From the NCBI GenBank assembly GCA_037444445.1, contig JBBIMK010000002.1, positions 30,001-62,000 on the forward strand: 32,000 nucleotides of DNA, in the 5' to 3' direction. Made by a program: the position numbers and the translations under genes. Source of the stretch: a bacterium (GTDB taxonomy: Bacteria > UBP7 > UBA6624 > JBBIMK01). The notes below the pieces were generated by a model. The model was not told the origin of the DNA. It did not search any database and saw nothing but the letters and a program-made list of their open reading frames with translations. Shown here piece after piece: positions 8,763 to 16,288 of this stretch; the stretch's first letter is position 1; the number at the start of each line of letters is the position of its first letter.

Positions 8763-9775
8763 GATGCAATAGTTTCGGGTGAACGCTTGCGGGCTCGGAA
8801 AAAAATTTCATCCGTTAAATGTGTGAGCCCCTCACCGGTCCGTGAGGAAACCGGTATATAGTTCCGTTGAAGGATTTCCTGCAAAGCAACCCCAATTTGA
8901 GGTTGTTTATCTATTTTATTTAATACCCACAGGGTAGGCTTCCTCAGGAAACCGCTATCGTAACATCGGATTTCTTCCAGAAGCGTGGAAGATTGTTCTT
9001 CTGCATTTTGAAAAATTTGGGCAAGAGTTTCTCCCTGGACTTCTAAAATCAGCAGGATGAGAGAAACCCGAAAAAGGTGTTTCAAGAAGGTGTTTCCCAA
9101 CCCCTTTGACTGATGAGAGCCGGCAACGAGTGCAGGGAGTTCAAGCAGAACCAGAGGCTCTTCCCATTCCCTGCGAAGATGCCCCCGAAGAGGCTGGCGA
9201 GTAGTAAATGGATAGTCGGCAGTTTTCAATTGGAGATGGCAGAGGGCATTCATTAGTGAGGATTTTCCTGCTCCCGGGAGAGATACCAGAGCCACATCGG
9301 CAGGGATGCGATAATCCAGGTGGAGGATGCGATGTTCACCTGTCTGGCCTGATTCAGGCTGGTGAGGTGTTTGACGGTCCGAAGAAACGAAAGAGGCGTT
9401 CCCTCGCCCGCCTTGCCCACCTCGTGCGACAAGAGTTTTTTTTGACTCTGATACGAAATCGTAGAGCAGTTTCCCCCTCTCATCCAGAACTCGGGTTCCT
9501 ACAGGGACACGGAGAATTAAAGATTTGCCGCCGGAGCCGGTTCTCCGATTTCCACTTCCGGGCTTTCCGGGTTCCGCACGGTAGCATTTCTGAGGTTCTA
9601 AGGAGGAAAGAGAAGAAAGGACAGGGTCAGACAGGAGGAACACATCGCCCCCTTTTCCCCCTTTTCCTCCATCCGGGCCCATCCGGGGGCGATACTTTTC
9701 CCGATGAAAACTGACACATCCGTCTCCCCCTTTCCCTCCCATTACTTCAATGAGTATCTCATCCACCCACACCAT
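8759..9775 (-). CDS. obg: GTPase Obg/CgtA
   Basis: 338 aa with the Obg fold signature GGKGGDGCVSFHREKY...GPDGGKGGKGGDV, then G motifs GLPGAGKSS-like (SLPGAGKSS) and NKID. Confidence 0.95.
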   Translation of the reverse strand: MVWVDEILIEVMGGKGGDGCVSFHREKYRPRMGPDGGKGGKGGDVFLLSDPVLSSLSSLEPQKCYRAEPGKPGSGNRRTGSGGKSLILRVPVGTRVLDERGKLLYDFVSESKKTLVARGGQGGRGNASFVSSDRQTPHQPESGQTGEHRILHLDYRIPADVALVSLPGAGKSSLMNALCHLQLKTADYPFTTRQPLRGHLRREWEEPLVLLELPALVAGSHQSKGLGNTFLKHLFRVSLILLILEVQGETLAQIFQNAEEQSSTLLEEIRCYDSGFLRKPTLWVLNKIDKQPQIGVALQEILQRNYIPVSSRTGEGLTHLTDEIFFRARKRSPETIAS

Positions 9776-9777
9776 GC

Positions 9778-10041
9778 TCAGGAGGAAATGGGCTCGACCT
9801 CGACGATAGTAGAACCTCCTTTACCACGGGGGGTAAAGCGGACGATGCCATCCGTGAGGGCAAAGAGCGTATAATCTTTTCCAACCCCCACGAACATCCC
9901 CGGTTTGATGCATAACCCTCTCTGGCGAACCAGGATATGCCCTTTTAACACAAGACAGCCATCACTTCTCTTTACACCTAATCTTTTTCCGACGCTGTCC
10001 CTGCCGTTACTGGTGCTACCCTGCCCCTTTTTATGTGCCAT
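9778..10041 (-). CDS. rpmA: 50S ribosomal protein L27
   Basis: [25 protein letters not shown] is the canonical L27 N-terminus. I set the start at ATG 10041 because the codons of the track's upstream extension (MKGGTR) spell the GGAGG RBS. Confidence 0.95.
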   Translation of the reverse strand: MAHKKGQGSTSNGRDSVGKRLGVKRSDGCLVLKGHILVRQRGLCIKPGMFVGVGKDYTLFALTDGIVRFTPRGKGGSTIVEVEPISS

Positions 10042-10363
10042 CCGAGTTCCTCCTTTCAACCGCCAGGACTTTGACCCGGGAGAACGCTTGACGATGCCCT
10101 CTAATTTTTTTCAATCCTGTATAAGGCTTAAAGCGAATAGATTGGAGTTTTTTTCCCTTGACTGTGCCCAGGTGCTGGCATTTCACCCGGATCCCTTCCA
10201 GAAAAGGGGTACCAATCCAGATGCCCTGCTCGTCTTTAAGGGCAAGCACCTGCTCAACATAAAACTCCTGCCCTTTATCGGAATTCAAGAGAGGAACTTG
10301 ATACTCCTCTCCCTCTTCTACCACAAACTGAATACCTCCGAATTCAACAACCGCCTTTGCCAT
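10031..10363 (-). CDS. rplU: 50S ribosomal protein L21
   Basis: [20 protein letters not shown]...[11 protein letters not shown] is L21-like. The start is ambiguous between ATG 10363 and TTG 10369, and no SD is visible. It overlaps the rpmA start by 11 nt. Confidence 0.9.
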   Translation of the reverse strand: MAKAVVEFGGIQFVVEEGEEYQVPLLNSDKGQEFYVEQVLALKDEQGIWIGTPFLEGIRVKCQHLGTVKGKKLQSIRFKPYTGLKKIRGHRQAFSRVKVLAVERRNSDGT

Positions 10364-10390
10364 TACCAAAAAATATTATACACAAAAACC

Positions 10391-11506
10391 TCAACTGGAT
10401 AAAGAACGAGAAGTTCCCTGCATTTCTTGTGCCTGCGCAAAAATTGCCATGGCATCCAGAAGAGCCTGAATTCCAATTTTCCTGGTTACGCTGATATAAA
10501 GATGCCTGGGAATTCGTGTGGTCATCATCTGCAGGTCTGCTAATTTCTCTTTAGAAAGCAAATCTACTTTATTAAAGAGAGTGAGTGTAGGAATCTGAGA
10601 GGCTCCAATTTCCTCCAGCACCTGGCGCACATCTTCAAATTGTCGCATAGGGTCTTCCGCTGAAGCGTCCACGACTTGCAACAGGCAGTCTGATTGAACC
10701 ACCTCCTCCAGAGTAGAATGAAATGCCTCAATAAGGGAGTGGGGCAATTTACGAATAAACCCAACCGTGTCAATCAAAAGCACAGGCTGTGGTAGGGAAG
10801 GAAGAAAAAGACGACGGACGGTGGGGTCTAAAGTGGCAAACAGAGCGTTATCCACCCGCACACTGGAGCGGGCAAGTAGATTCAACAGGGAGGATTTCCC
10901 GGTGTTCGTATAGCCGACGATGGCAAAAGAAAAGAAGCCACGTTTCTTACGCATTTTCCTGCGGAGTGAACGCTGACGAGCCAGTGCTTCCAGTTCCCGA
11001 CGAACCTGCTGAATCCTTTGACGAATACGGCGTCGGTGCTTTTCCAGGTAGGGCTCCCCGGGTCCCCGAGTCCCAATTTTCCCACCCAGTCGTGAAAGTT
11101 CCACTCCTTTGTGATACAGACGAGGAAAAGTGTATAAAAGTTCCGCAAGTTCCACTTGAAGTTTCCCCTCCCGGGAGTTAGCCCGGGAAGCGAAAATTTC
11201 CAGGATTATTCCTGTTCGGTCCAGGACAGCCACCCCGATTTCATCCTCCAGATTCTTTCCTTGTCTTGGCGAAATCGGTTCATCCACCAGTAGAAAATCA
11301 AAAGGGAGTCGTTGATGGAGTAAACGGATTTCTTCCATTTTTCCAGCACCGATAAAAGAACGAGGAGAGGGGGTTCGAACGGAAGCAATTGTTGAACCTA
11401 CTGGAACATACGAAGCGGTTCGTGCAAGGTGGAATAACTCCTGAAGGGATTCTTCAGCCCGGTCATTGCCCCAGCGAATCCCCAGGAGAAAAGCCCGACG
11501 GTTCAT
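10391..11506 (-). CDS. hflX: GTPase HflX
   Basis: HflX N-domain (FIGAGKMEEI, LLVDEPISPRQGKNLE), then the G domain (IVGYTNTGKSSLLN, DTVGFI, NKVD). I prefer the ATG at 11506, which forms an ATGA overlap with the dapF stop. The track start at 11530 would overlap dapF by 28 nt. Confidence 0.9.
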   Translation of the reverse strand: MNRRAFLLGIRWGNDRAEESLQELFHLARTASYVPVGSTIASVRTPSPRSFIGAGKMEEIRLLHQRLPFDFLLVDEPISPRQGKNLEDEIGVAVLDRTGIILEIFASRANSREGKLQVELAELLYTFPRLYHKGVELSRLGGKIGTRGPGEPYLEKHRRRIRQRIQQVRRELEALARQRSLRRKMRKKRGFFSFAIVGYTNTGKSSLLNLLARSSVRVDNALFATLDPTVRRLFLPSLPQPVLLIDTVGFIRKLPHSLIEAFHSTLEEVVQSDCLLQVVDASAEDPMRQFEDVRQVLEEIGASQIPTLTLFNKVDLLSKEKLADLQMMTTRIPRHLYISVTRKIGIQALLDAMAIFAQAQEMQGTSRSLSS

Positions 11507-12303
11507 TCTGCCATCCAGGTGCCTTCGCAAATCAGATGAGCGTCGCCTCCCAAAAGATAGTGGCCGTTTTCACGGCACACCCGGAGGGACCCCCCGGGTA
11601 AATCAAAGCGAACGGATGAGGAAAAGAGGCGGCGGACGTGACCAATGTAAGCGATGGCACAGGCGCCGCTGCCACAGGCAAGAGTCTCACCCACTCCTCT
11701 TTCCCACACCCGCACCCGAGCCCGGTCAGGACTTCGGATATTGACGATTTCCACATTCGTTTTTCGGGGAAAAACCGGGAGGTTTTCTATGCCTGAACCC
11801 AGAGTCTCCAGAGGCACAGATTTCCATGCTTCCTCATCCTCAACGAATAAAACTGCATGAGGATTGCCCACCGCCCGGGTGGCGTAAAGCGGGTAGGATT
11901 CCTGATTCCATCGGAATAGCACCTCCTTGACCTTTCCTCTCAACTCCCCCATATCCACCCAGATAGTAGAAGCATGACGCCAGACTCTTTTCAAGCCTGC
12001 ACGCGTATGGATGTGGAGAACTTTCTGCCGGGCGAGGCGATGCCTCCAGACATACAAAGCGAAGCACCGGATGCCATTACCGCACATCTCAGCCTCACTG
12101 CCATCCGGGTTGATGATACGCATCTGCAAATGATGGACAGGATGAATGGAAAGTAAAAGTAAACCATCGGCGCCCACGCCGTATTTTCTATGGGTTATCT
12201 GCCGGGCCAGAGAACGGAAATTCATCCGTCCAGCCAAGGACGCTTCCACAAGAATGTAATCGTTTCCAGTGGCTTGCAGTTTGGCAAAGGGGATAGGAGG
12301 CAT
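11503..12303 (-). CDS. dapF: Diaminopimelate epimerase
   Basis: 266 aa with ATGNDYILV and both catalytic Cys motifs (EMCGNGIRCFA and LACGSGACA). Confidence 0.9.
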   Translation of the reverse strand: MPPIPFAKLQATGNDYILVEASLAGRMNFRSLARQITHRKYGVGADGLLLLSIHPVHHLQMRIINPDGSEAEMCGNGIRCFALYVWRHRLARQKVLHIHTRAGLKRVWRHASTIWVDMGELRGKVKEVLFRWNQESYPLYATRAVGNPHAVLFVEDEEAWKSVPLETLGSGIENLPVFPRKTNVEIVNIRSPDRARVRVWERGVGETLACGSGACAIAYIGHVRRLFSSSVRFDLPGGSLRVCRENGHYLLGGDAHLICEGTWMAE

Positions 12304-13316
12304 TATCCCTTCCCGTAGCGGCGGCGCGTAGCGTGAATGACTGCTCGCGTTTCTTCCCTCATTGTGCCGTTAATCTTCGTATGGGCTTCCAGCCCCAGCA
12401 GACTCTGTGATACCGCCATCACGCAAGAGGCGAGCCCCTCTGGATGATACCCTCCTTCCAGAATGAAAACCTTAGGCACGGGTAAATGCTGAATGATGGC
12501 ATCTGTAATGGCACGGAAACCTGCTTCTGTGACTTTCATCTCCGCCAGTGGGTCTTTATAGTATGCGTCAAAGCCCGCTGAAATTAGAACCAATTCCGGA
12601 TGATAAAAATCCATCAAAAAAGCAAGCATAGTTTGATAGACATACTGGTAATCTGCATCTCCACATCCTTTCACCAGGGGAATGTTGATTGTATAGCCCT
12701 TTCCTTTTCCTTCCCCTATTTCTGTCCAGGAACCAGTGCCTGGATAAAACGGAAATTGGTGAGTGGAAAAATATAGCACGCTGGGGTCGGTGTAGAAAAT
12801 CTCCTGCGTTCCATTCCCGTGATGAACATCAAAATCCAGAATCAGGATGCGTTCTACATACTGTCGGGATTGGGCGTAACGAGCCGCAATTGCAATATTG
12901 TTGAAAATGCAGAAGCCCATGCCATGGGAAGGAAGGGCATGATGCCCTGGTGGGCGAGCCAGAAGAAACACAGCATCCGCCTTGCCCCCTGTTACTAAAT
13001 CTATGGCTTCTATCGCACCTCCAGCGGCATAGAGAGCCACCTCCGCTGAGCGTGATGATACGGGAGTATCCAGGCTAAGAAAGTAATAGTCCATCCCTGC
13101 AGGGGGTAAACGCATCACATAATCCACATATTTATGCGTGTGGACTTTTTCAACGATGTCCAGAGGGCACTTCTGGGGGCGATAGCATTGCAGAGAATCA
13201 AACCAGGGTGAGTCCTGTAGAGCCTGAACAATCCCTGTTAACCGCCCCGGCGATTCTGGATGATTCCTCGTCCTGTGCTCCAGATAAATTGAATCGTATA
13301 TCAGAGCAACCTTCAC
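12303..13316 (-). CDS. Histone deacetylase-family (acetoin utilisation / acetylpolyamine amidohydrolase-like) deacetylase
   Basis: 337 aa with a GTG start. Zinc-dependent deacetylase motifs are ARPPGHHA, FCIFNNIA, DFDVHHGNGTQ and GGY. It shares 1 nt (TAATG) with the dapF start. Confidence 0.85.
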   Translation of the reverse strand: MKVALIYDSIYLEHRTRNHPESPGRLTGIVQALQDSPWFDSLQCYRPQKCPLDIVEKVHTHKYVDYVMRLPPAGMDYYFLSLDTPVSSRSAEVALYAAGGAIEAIDLVTGGKADAVFLLARPPGHHALPSHGMGFCIFNNIAIAARYAQSRQYVERILILDFDVHHGNGTQEIFYTDPSVLYFSTHQFPFYPGTGSWTEIGEGKGKGYTINIPLVKGCGDADYQYVYQTMLAFLMDFYHPELVLISAGFDAYYKDPLAEMKVTEAGFRAITDAIIQHLPVPKVFILEGGYHPEGLASCVMAVSQSLLGLEAHTKINGTMREETRAVIHATRRRYGKG

Positions 13317-13360
13317 ATCTTTAGTATATCCGAAAAATCAATCATTGGGAAGAACCGTGC

Positions 13361-14095
13361 TCACGCTGTTCTCGTTCCACTCAGTCGGAAACCGAAAGAA
13401 GGTGATGTTTCAGATTCTAACGCTGAAATATCTAAAATTGTATACTGTTTTCCATTAAAGGTAATGTATCCTTTCCGGCGAAATTCCATGAGAAAACGGA
13501 CCACGGTTTGCTGGGTCGTGCCAATGAGTGCTGCCATTTCTTTCCGTGAAAGTGGCAAGGTTAAACGATAAGCCTTTCCTTCCGGGGCGCCGAACACTTC
13601 TTTCAGAGAAAGCAAAAGTTCTGCCAGCCGCTGGCGAACAGGTTGGGATAGAATGGCGCAGATGTGGTCCTCTGCAATTCCCAGCTCCCGCCCGAGTTTC
13701 TTTACAACTGTAAAAAACAACTGAGGAACCTCCTGGAAATAACGAAAAAAATCCTTTTTCTCGAAAAAGCATAGCAGACAATTCGTCATAGCCTCCGCTG
13801 TTGCCCGATACGGTTCATCGGCAAAAAGAGCCCGATAACCCAACCAGTCCCCAGCCTGTGCCAGTCTCATAATTTGCTGCTGATTGTCCTTCGTCAATTT
13901 ATAGACTTTTACCATGCCAGAATTAACGCAGTAAAGACCAAAAGGTGTATTTCCCTCACAAAAAATAACCTGTCGCTTCCGGTAAGGAATCGTGACCTTC
14001 ATCTGGTTTAAGACCTGTAGGTTTTCTGCCGATAGCTCCCGAAATAAACTATTTTTCCTTACCCCGCAGGTAATGCAGTCTATTGGTTTCCCCAT
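13361..14095 (-). CDS. Crp/Fnr-family transcriptional regulator
   Basis: It has a cNMP-binding-like beta-roll (VIFCEGNTPFGLYCVNSGMVKVYKL) and a C-terminal HTH (LSRKEMAALIGTTQQTVVRFL). I set the start at ATG 14095 because GGAGGAGG (14100-14107) is an ideal RBS for it. The track start at 14110 is less likely. An N-terminal CxxC (DCITCG) is present. Confidence 0.85.
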   Translation of the reverse strand: MGKPIDCITCGVRKNSLFRELSAENLQVLNQMKVTIPYRKRQVIFCEGNTPFGLYCVNSGMVKVYKLTKDNQQQIMRLAQAGDWLGYRALFADEPYRATAEAMTNCLLCFFEKKDFFRYFQEVPQLFFTVVKKLGRELGIAEDHICAILSQPVRQRLAELLLSLKEVFGAPEGKAYRLTLPLSRKEMAALIGTTQQTVVRFLMEFRRKGYITFNGKQYTILDISALESETSPSFGFRLSGTRTA

Positions 14096-14146
14096 CTCTA
14101 CCTCCTCCATGATGTTATTATGGGTCGGAAAGCAATAAAAAGAAAA

Positions 14147-14158
14147 TGATATATGTCA
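14147..14158 (-). promoter_or_regulatory. Candidate Crp/Fnr-type operator (TGA-N6-TCA) upstream of the Crp/Fnr gene
   Basis: The minus strand reads TGACATATATCA. A CATAAT -10-like hexamer lies at 14117-14122, which puts the box centre roughly 42 nt upstream of the implied transcription start. This is an imperfect palindrome found by motif inspection only. Confidence 0.25.
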
Positions 14159-14213
14159 GTCTTTTCTATTGTAAAAGGAACCTGCCTCAGGCGATTTAGG
14201 TTAATCCTGAAAA

Positions 14214-14927
14214 TTAAAAGAGCCCGGGAGAACCCTCGGAGGAGTGCAAGCACTGCTCTCGGAAGGTGTTGGAAAGAGTATGCGCCATTCGCAAAGGCTC
14301 AGGAATACGATAATGGTGGACACAGGCAAGAACCACCTGAATGGCGCTATCCGCATCCACAAGATGCCCAACAGAAACGAACACAGGGTCCACTCCATTC
14401 CGGGTTCTCAGAACTCTTCCAATCTCTTCGCCGTTATGGAGCAAAGGGGTCCATTCGCCTTTCCGATAATCAGGCGGTGTATACTCTCCAATCAGGCAAG
14501 TTTTGGCGCACCCGATGGTAGGGCAGTCCAGCAGAACACCGATGTGAGAGGCGGCACCAAAACGCCGTGGATGAGCCACTCCCTGTGCATCCATTAAAAT
14601 CACATCCGGCCACTGGTTGAGCTGACGGAATGCCTCCAGCAGGGGCGGAGATTCCCGAAAGCTCAACAGACCCGGTATATAAGGAAAAGACACCGGTGCA
14701 GAAATCGTTACTTTTTCCTGCAATTGCATTCCGGGAAAACTGAACACACACACCGCTGCAAACCCTACATCTTTCATAGATTTATCAAAAGAAACATCGG
14801 CTCCTGCTATCCGTTTTATGGAGGACAGAGAAATTTTTTGGTAGACGACCCGTTCTCGCAGGCGCTCCTGGATTTTTCGGGCTTCCGCCACATCCACATC
14901 CCAGGGATGGAGATGCTGAATTTTCAT
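14214..14927 (-). CDS. nfi: Endonuclease V
   Basis: MKIQHLHPWDVDVAEARKIQERLRERV, GADVSF, YIPGLLSFRE and DAQGVAHPRRFGAASHIGV are Nfi motifs. I set the start at ATG 14927 because the track start at 14999 extends into tRNA-Leu. Confidence 0.9.
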   Translation of the reverse strand: MKIQHLHPWDVDVAEARKIQERLRERVVYQKISLSSIKRIAGADVSFDKSMKDVGFAAVCVFSFPGMQLQEKVTISAPVSFPYIPGLLSFRESPPLLEAFRQLNQWPDVILMDAQGVAHPRRFGAASHIGVLLDCPTIGCAKTCLIGEYTPPDYRKGEWTPLLHNGEEIGRVLRTRNGVDPVFVSVGHLVDADSAIQVVLACVHHYRIPEPLRMAHTLSNTFREQCLHSSEGSPGLF

Positions 14928-14964
14928 AGATGAATCCTTCACAAATTGAGTATTCGTTGGAGTC

Positions 14965-15047
14965 TGCCGGGGGCGGGGATCGAACCCGCACGCCTGCACG
15001 GCACTGCCCCCTCAAGACAGCGCGTCTTCCAATTCCGCCACCCCGGC
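14965..15047 (-). tRNA. tRNA-Leu (anticodon GAG), class II long variable arm, no encoded CCA
   Basis: Hand-folded: GCCGGGG/TG/GCG-GAATTGGAAGA-CGC/G/CTGTC-TTGAGGG-GGCAG/TGCCGTGCAGGCGT/GCGGG-TTCGATC-CCCGC/CCCCGGC/A. Total length is 83 nt. Confidence 0.9.
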
Positions 15048-15103
15048 AAATCCGCTTCTATTCTAACATAATGGAATGCCAGGAATGACAAAGAGTGAAA
15101 GGC

Positions 15104-16177
15104 TTAATGTGGGCTGTGTCCGCCTGCACCACCACCCATCATTCCGCCCATACCCTGCATCATCCCCCCGAGCATCATCATCATACTCTGGAGAAAATCC
15201 TTCAAAGGAATGACTGTGTAGCCAGGTGGAACATCAAACTCTGAAGCCGGTATAGTGGTACTCTGATACTGGGTCACCTGGAAAACAGTAAGAAAAGTTT
15301 TCCCATCCTCGGTTGTGTTGACCTCAAAAGGGAGACCTTTCATTTGTTTCCAGACTTCCAGATTTTCCTTCACTTCCACTTTTTCTATCTTAGATGCGGG
15401 CTGACCACCCGGCATCATGGAAGGGAATTTATCTTGCCACTTCTTCGCAAAAGCATCAAATTTTTGACCGATTTTCTCAAATTTAGGAAGCAGGTAATCC
15501 AGGTTCAAATCGGGACAGGTCCAGACCTCCGATTGCTTCTGTTTATCCGAGTAGATTTCAAAACCCTGTGTGGTGCAACCCGCAATGGTTTTAGTTTTCC
15601 CGATTGGTTTTACGGTAATGACCGGCTTTTTTTCTTCTGCCGTTTCTTTTGAAGAGGGTGTTTGGGAAGATTTCATTTTCTCTCTCTGTTCTGGAGGCGG
15701 ATTTTTCATCATTTGCTCCATCATCCTCTGCATAGATTCCATCATCTGCACCATGGAAGTCATGAATTCGTCCAGCGTCTTTAAGAGTTCATCCACCGTA
15801 GCCACCAACGCCGTTTTCTTTTTCTCCGGTGTCATCTCCACAGTCTTCACAGTTTTTGCTCCCTCTTCATCTTCTGAAGAATCCGATGAGAACATGTTTT
15901 TTATAGGTGGAGCAGAGAAAGCCGCAATCAATTTCTCTCCATCCAGGTCCAGGATGAAGTAGACTGGATTCTCGGCTTGAACGGCCAATTTGAGTTTTCC
16001 GCCTTCAATGAAGAGTTGTGCCTCTCTGGGCTTCTGCTCTTGTTTGGGTGGAATTTTCTTTTCGTCTGCAGTTCCCTCTTTGAGTGGAGAACTGAGAGAA
16101 AAAACCCATCCTGCCCATGCGGGTGTCGCCACAAAAAACAACAAACCCATCCCCGTTCCCCATTTCCAGATTTTCAT
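15104..16177 (-). CDS. Secreted protein with two methionine-rich tracts (possibly DUF4412-like), function unknown
   Basis: I prefer the ATG at 16177 (MKIWKWGTGMGLLFFVATPAWAG...) with GGGGGTGA upstream. It has a signal-peptide-like N-terminus. The internal tract FMTSMVQMMESMQRMMEQMMKN has 9 Met in 22 aa. The C-terminal tail SMMMMLGGMMQGMGGMMGGGAGGHSPH has 9 Met in 27 aa. Confidence 0.7.
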   Translation of the reverse strand: MKIWKWGTGMGLLFFVATPAWAGWVFSLSSPLKEGTADEKKIPPKQEQKPREAQLFIEGGKLKLAVQAENPVYFILDLDGEKLIAAFSAPPIKNMFSSDSSEDEEGAKTVKTVEMTPEKKKTALVATVDELLKTLDEFMTSMVQMMESMQRMMEQMMKNPPPEQREKMKSSQTPSSKETAEEKKPVITVKPIGKTKTIAGCTTQGFEIYSDKQKQSEVWTCPDLNLDYLLPKFEKIGQKFDAFAKKWQDKFPSMMPGGQPASKIEKVEVKENLEVWKQMKGLPFEVNTTEDGKTFLTVFQVTQYQSTTIPASEFDVPPGYTVIPLKDFLQSMMMMLGGMMQGMGGMMGGGAGGHSPH

Positions 16178-16197
16178 TGAATTCACCCCCATGCGAT

Positions 16198-16210
16198 AGT
16201 ATATTATACT
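16198..16210. promoter_or_regulatory. Perfect AT-rich palindrome AGTATA-T-TATACT in a divergent intergenic region; overlapping -10-like hexamers on both strands
   Basis: TATACT on the plus strand (16205-16210) faces the ABC gene. TATAAT on the minus strand (16208 down to 16203) faces the Met-rich protein gene. No convincing -35 is seen on either side. Confidence 0.3.
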
Positions 16211-16288
16211 CCAGAGTGATAATCGTGCGAAATCCTGCAGGGGGAAGATTTTCCCGGGGCGAAAATTCTGGTATGATTGAGAAGGCGG

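Noticed and set aside
10042-10059. Possible Firmicute-style cleavable N-terminal propeptide on L27 (MKGGTR before MAHKK)
   Set aside because: These six codons spell the GGAGG RBS for the canonical MAHKKG start. They do not resemble the longer Prp-cleaved extension, and no Prp-like gene lies between rplU and rpmA.
9208-10402. Plus-strand ORFs 9208..9714 and 9905..10402, antisense to obg, rpmA and rplU
   Set aside because: They oppose universally conserved genes read on the minus strand and have no motifs or RBS, so they are shadow ORFs.
13317-13328. TATACT hexamer 6 nt upstream of the deacetylase GTG start, considered as a leaderless promoter
   Set aside because: The start codon is GTG, which suits leaderless initiation poorly. 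There is no plausible -35, because the Crp/Fnr stop is only 45 nt away. Read-through from the upstream gene is the simpler explanation.
14928-14999. N-terminal extension of the endonuclease V ORF to 14999
   Set aside because: It overlaps tRNA-Leu (14965-15047). The conserved Nfi N-terminus begins at the ATG at 14927.
14965-15047. tRNA genes (Leu here, Ala at 6858-6932) considered as integration sites of a genomic island or prophage
   Set aside because: I could find no integrase, transposase, phage gene, direct repeat of a tRNA 3' end, or compositional break next to either tRNA. Both are flanked by housekeeping genes.
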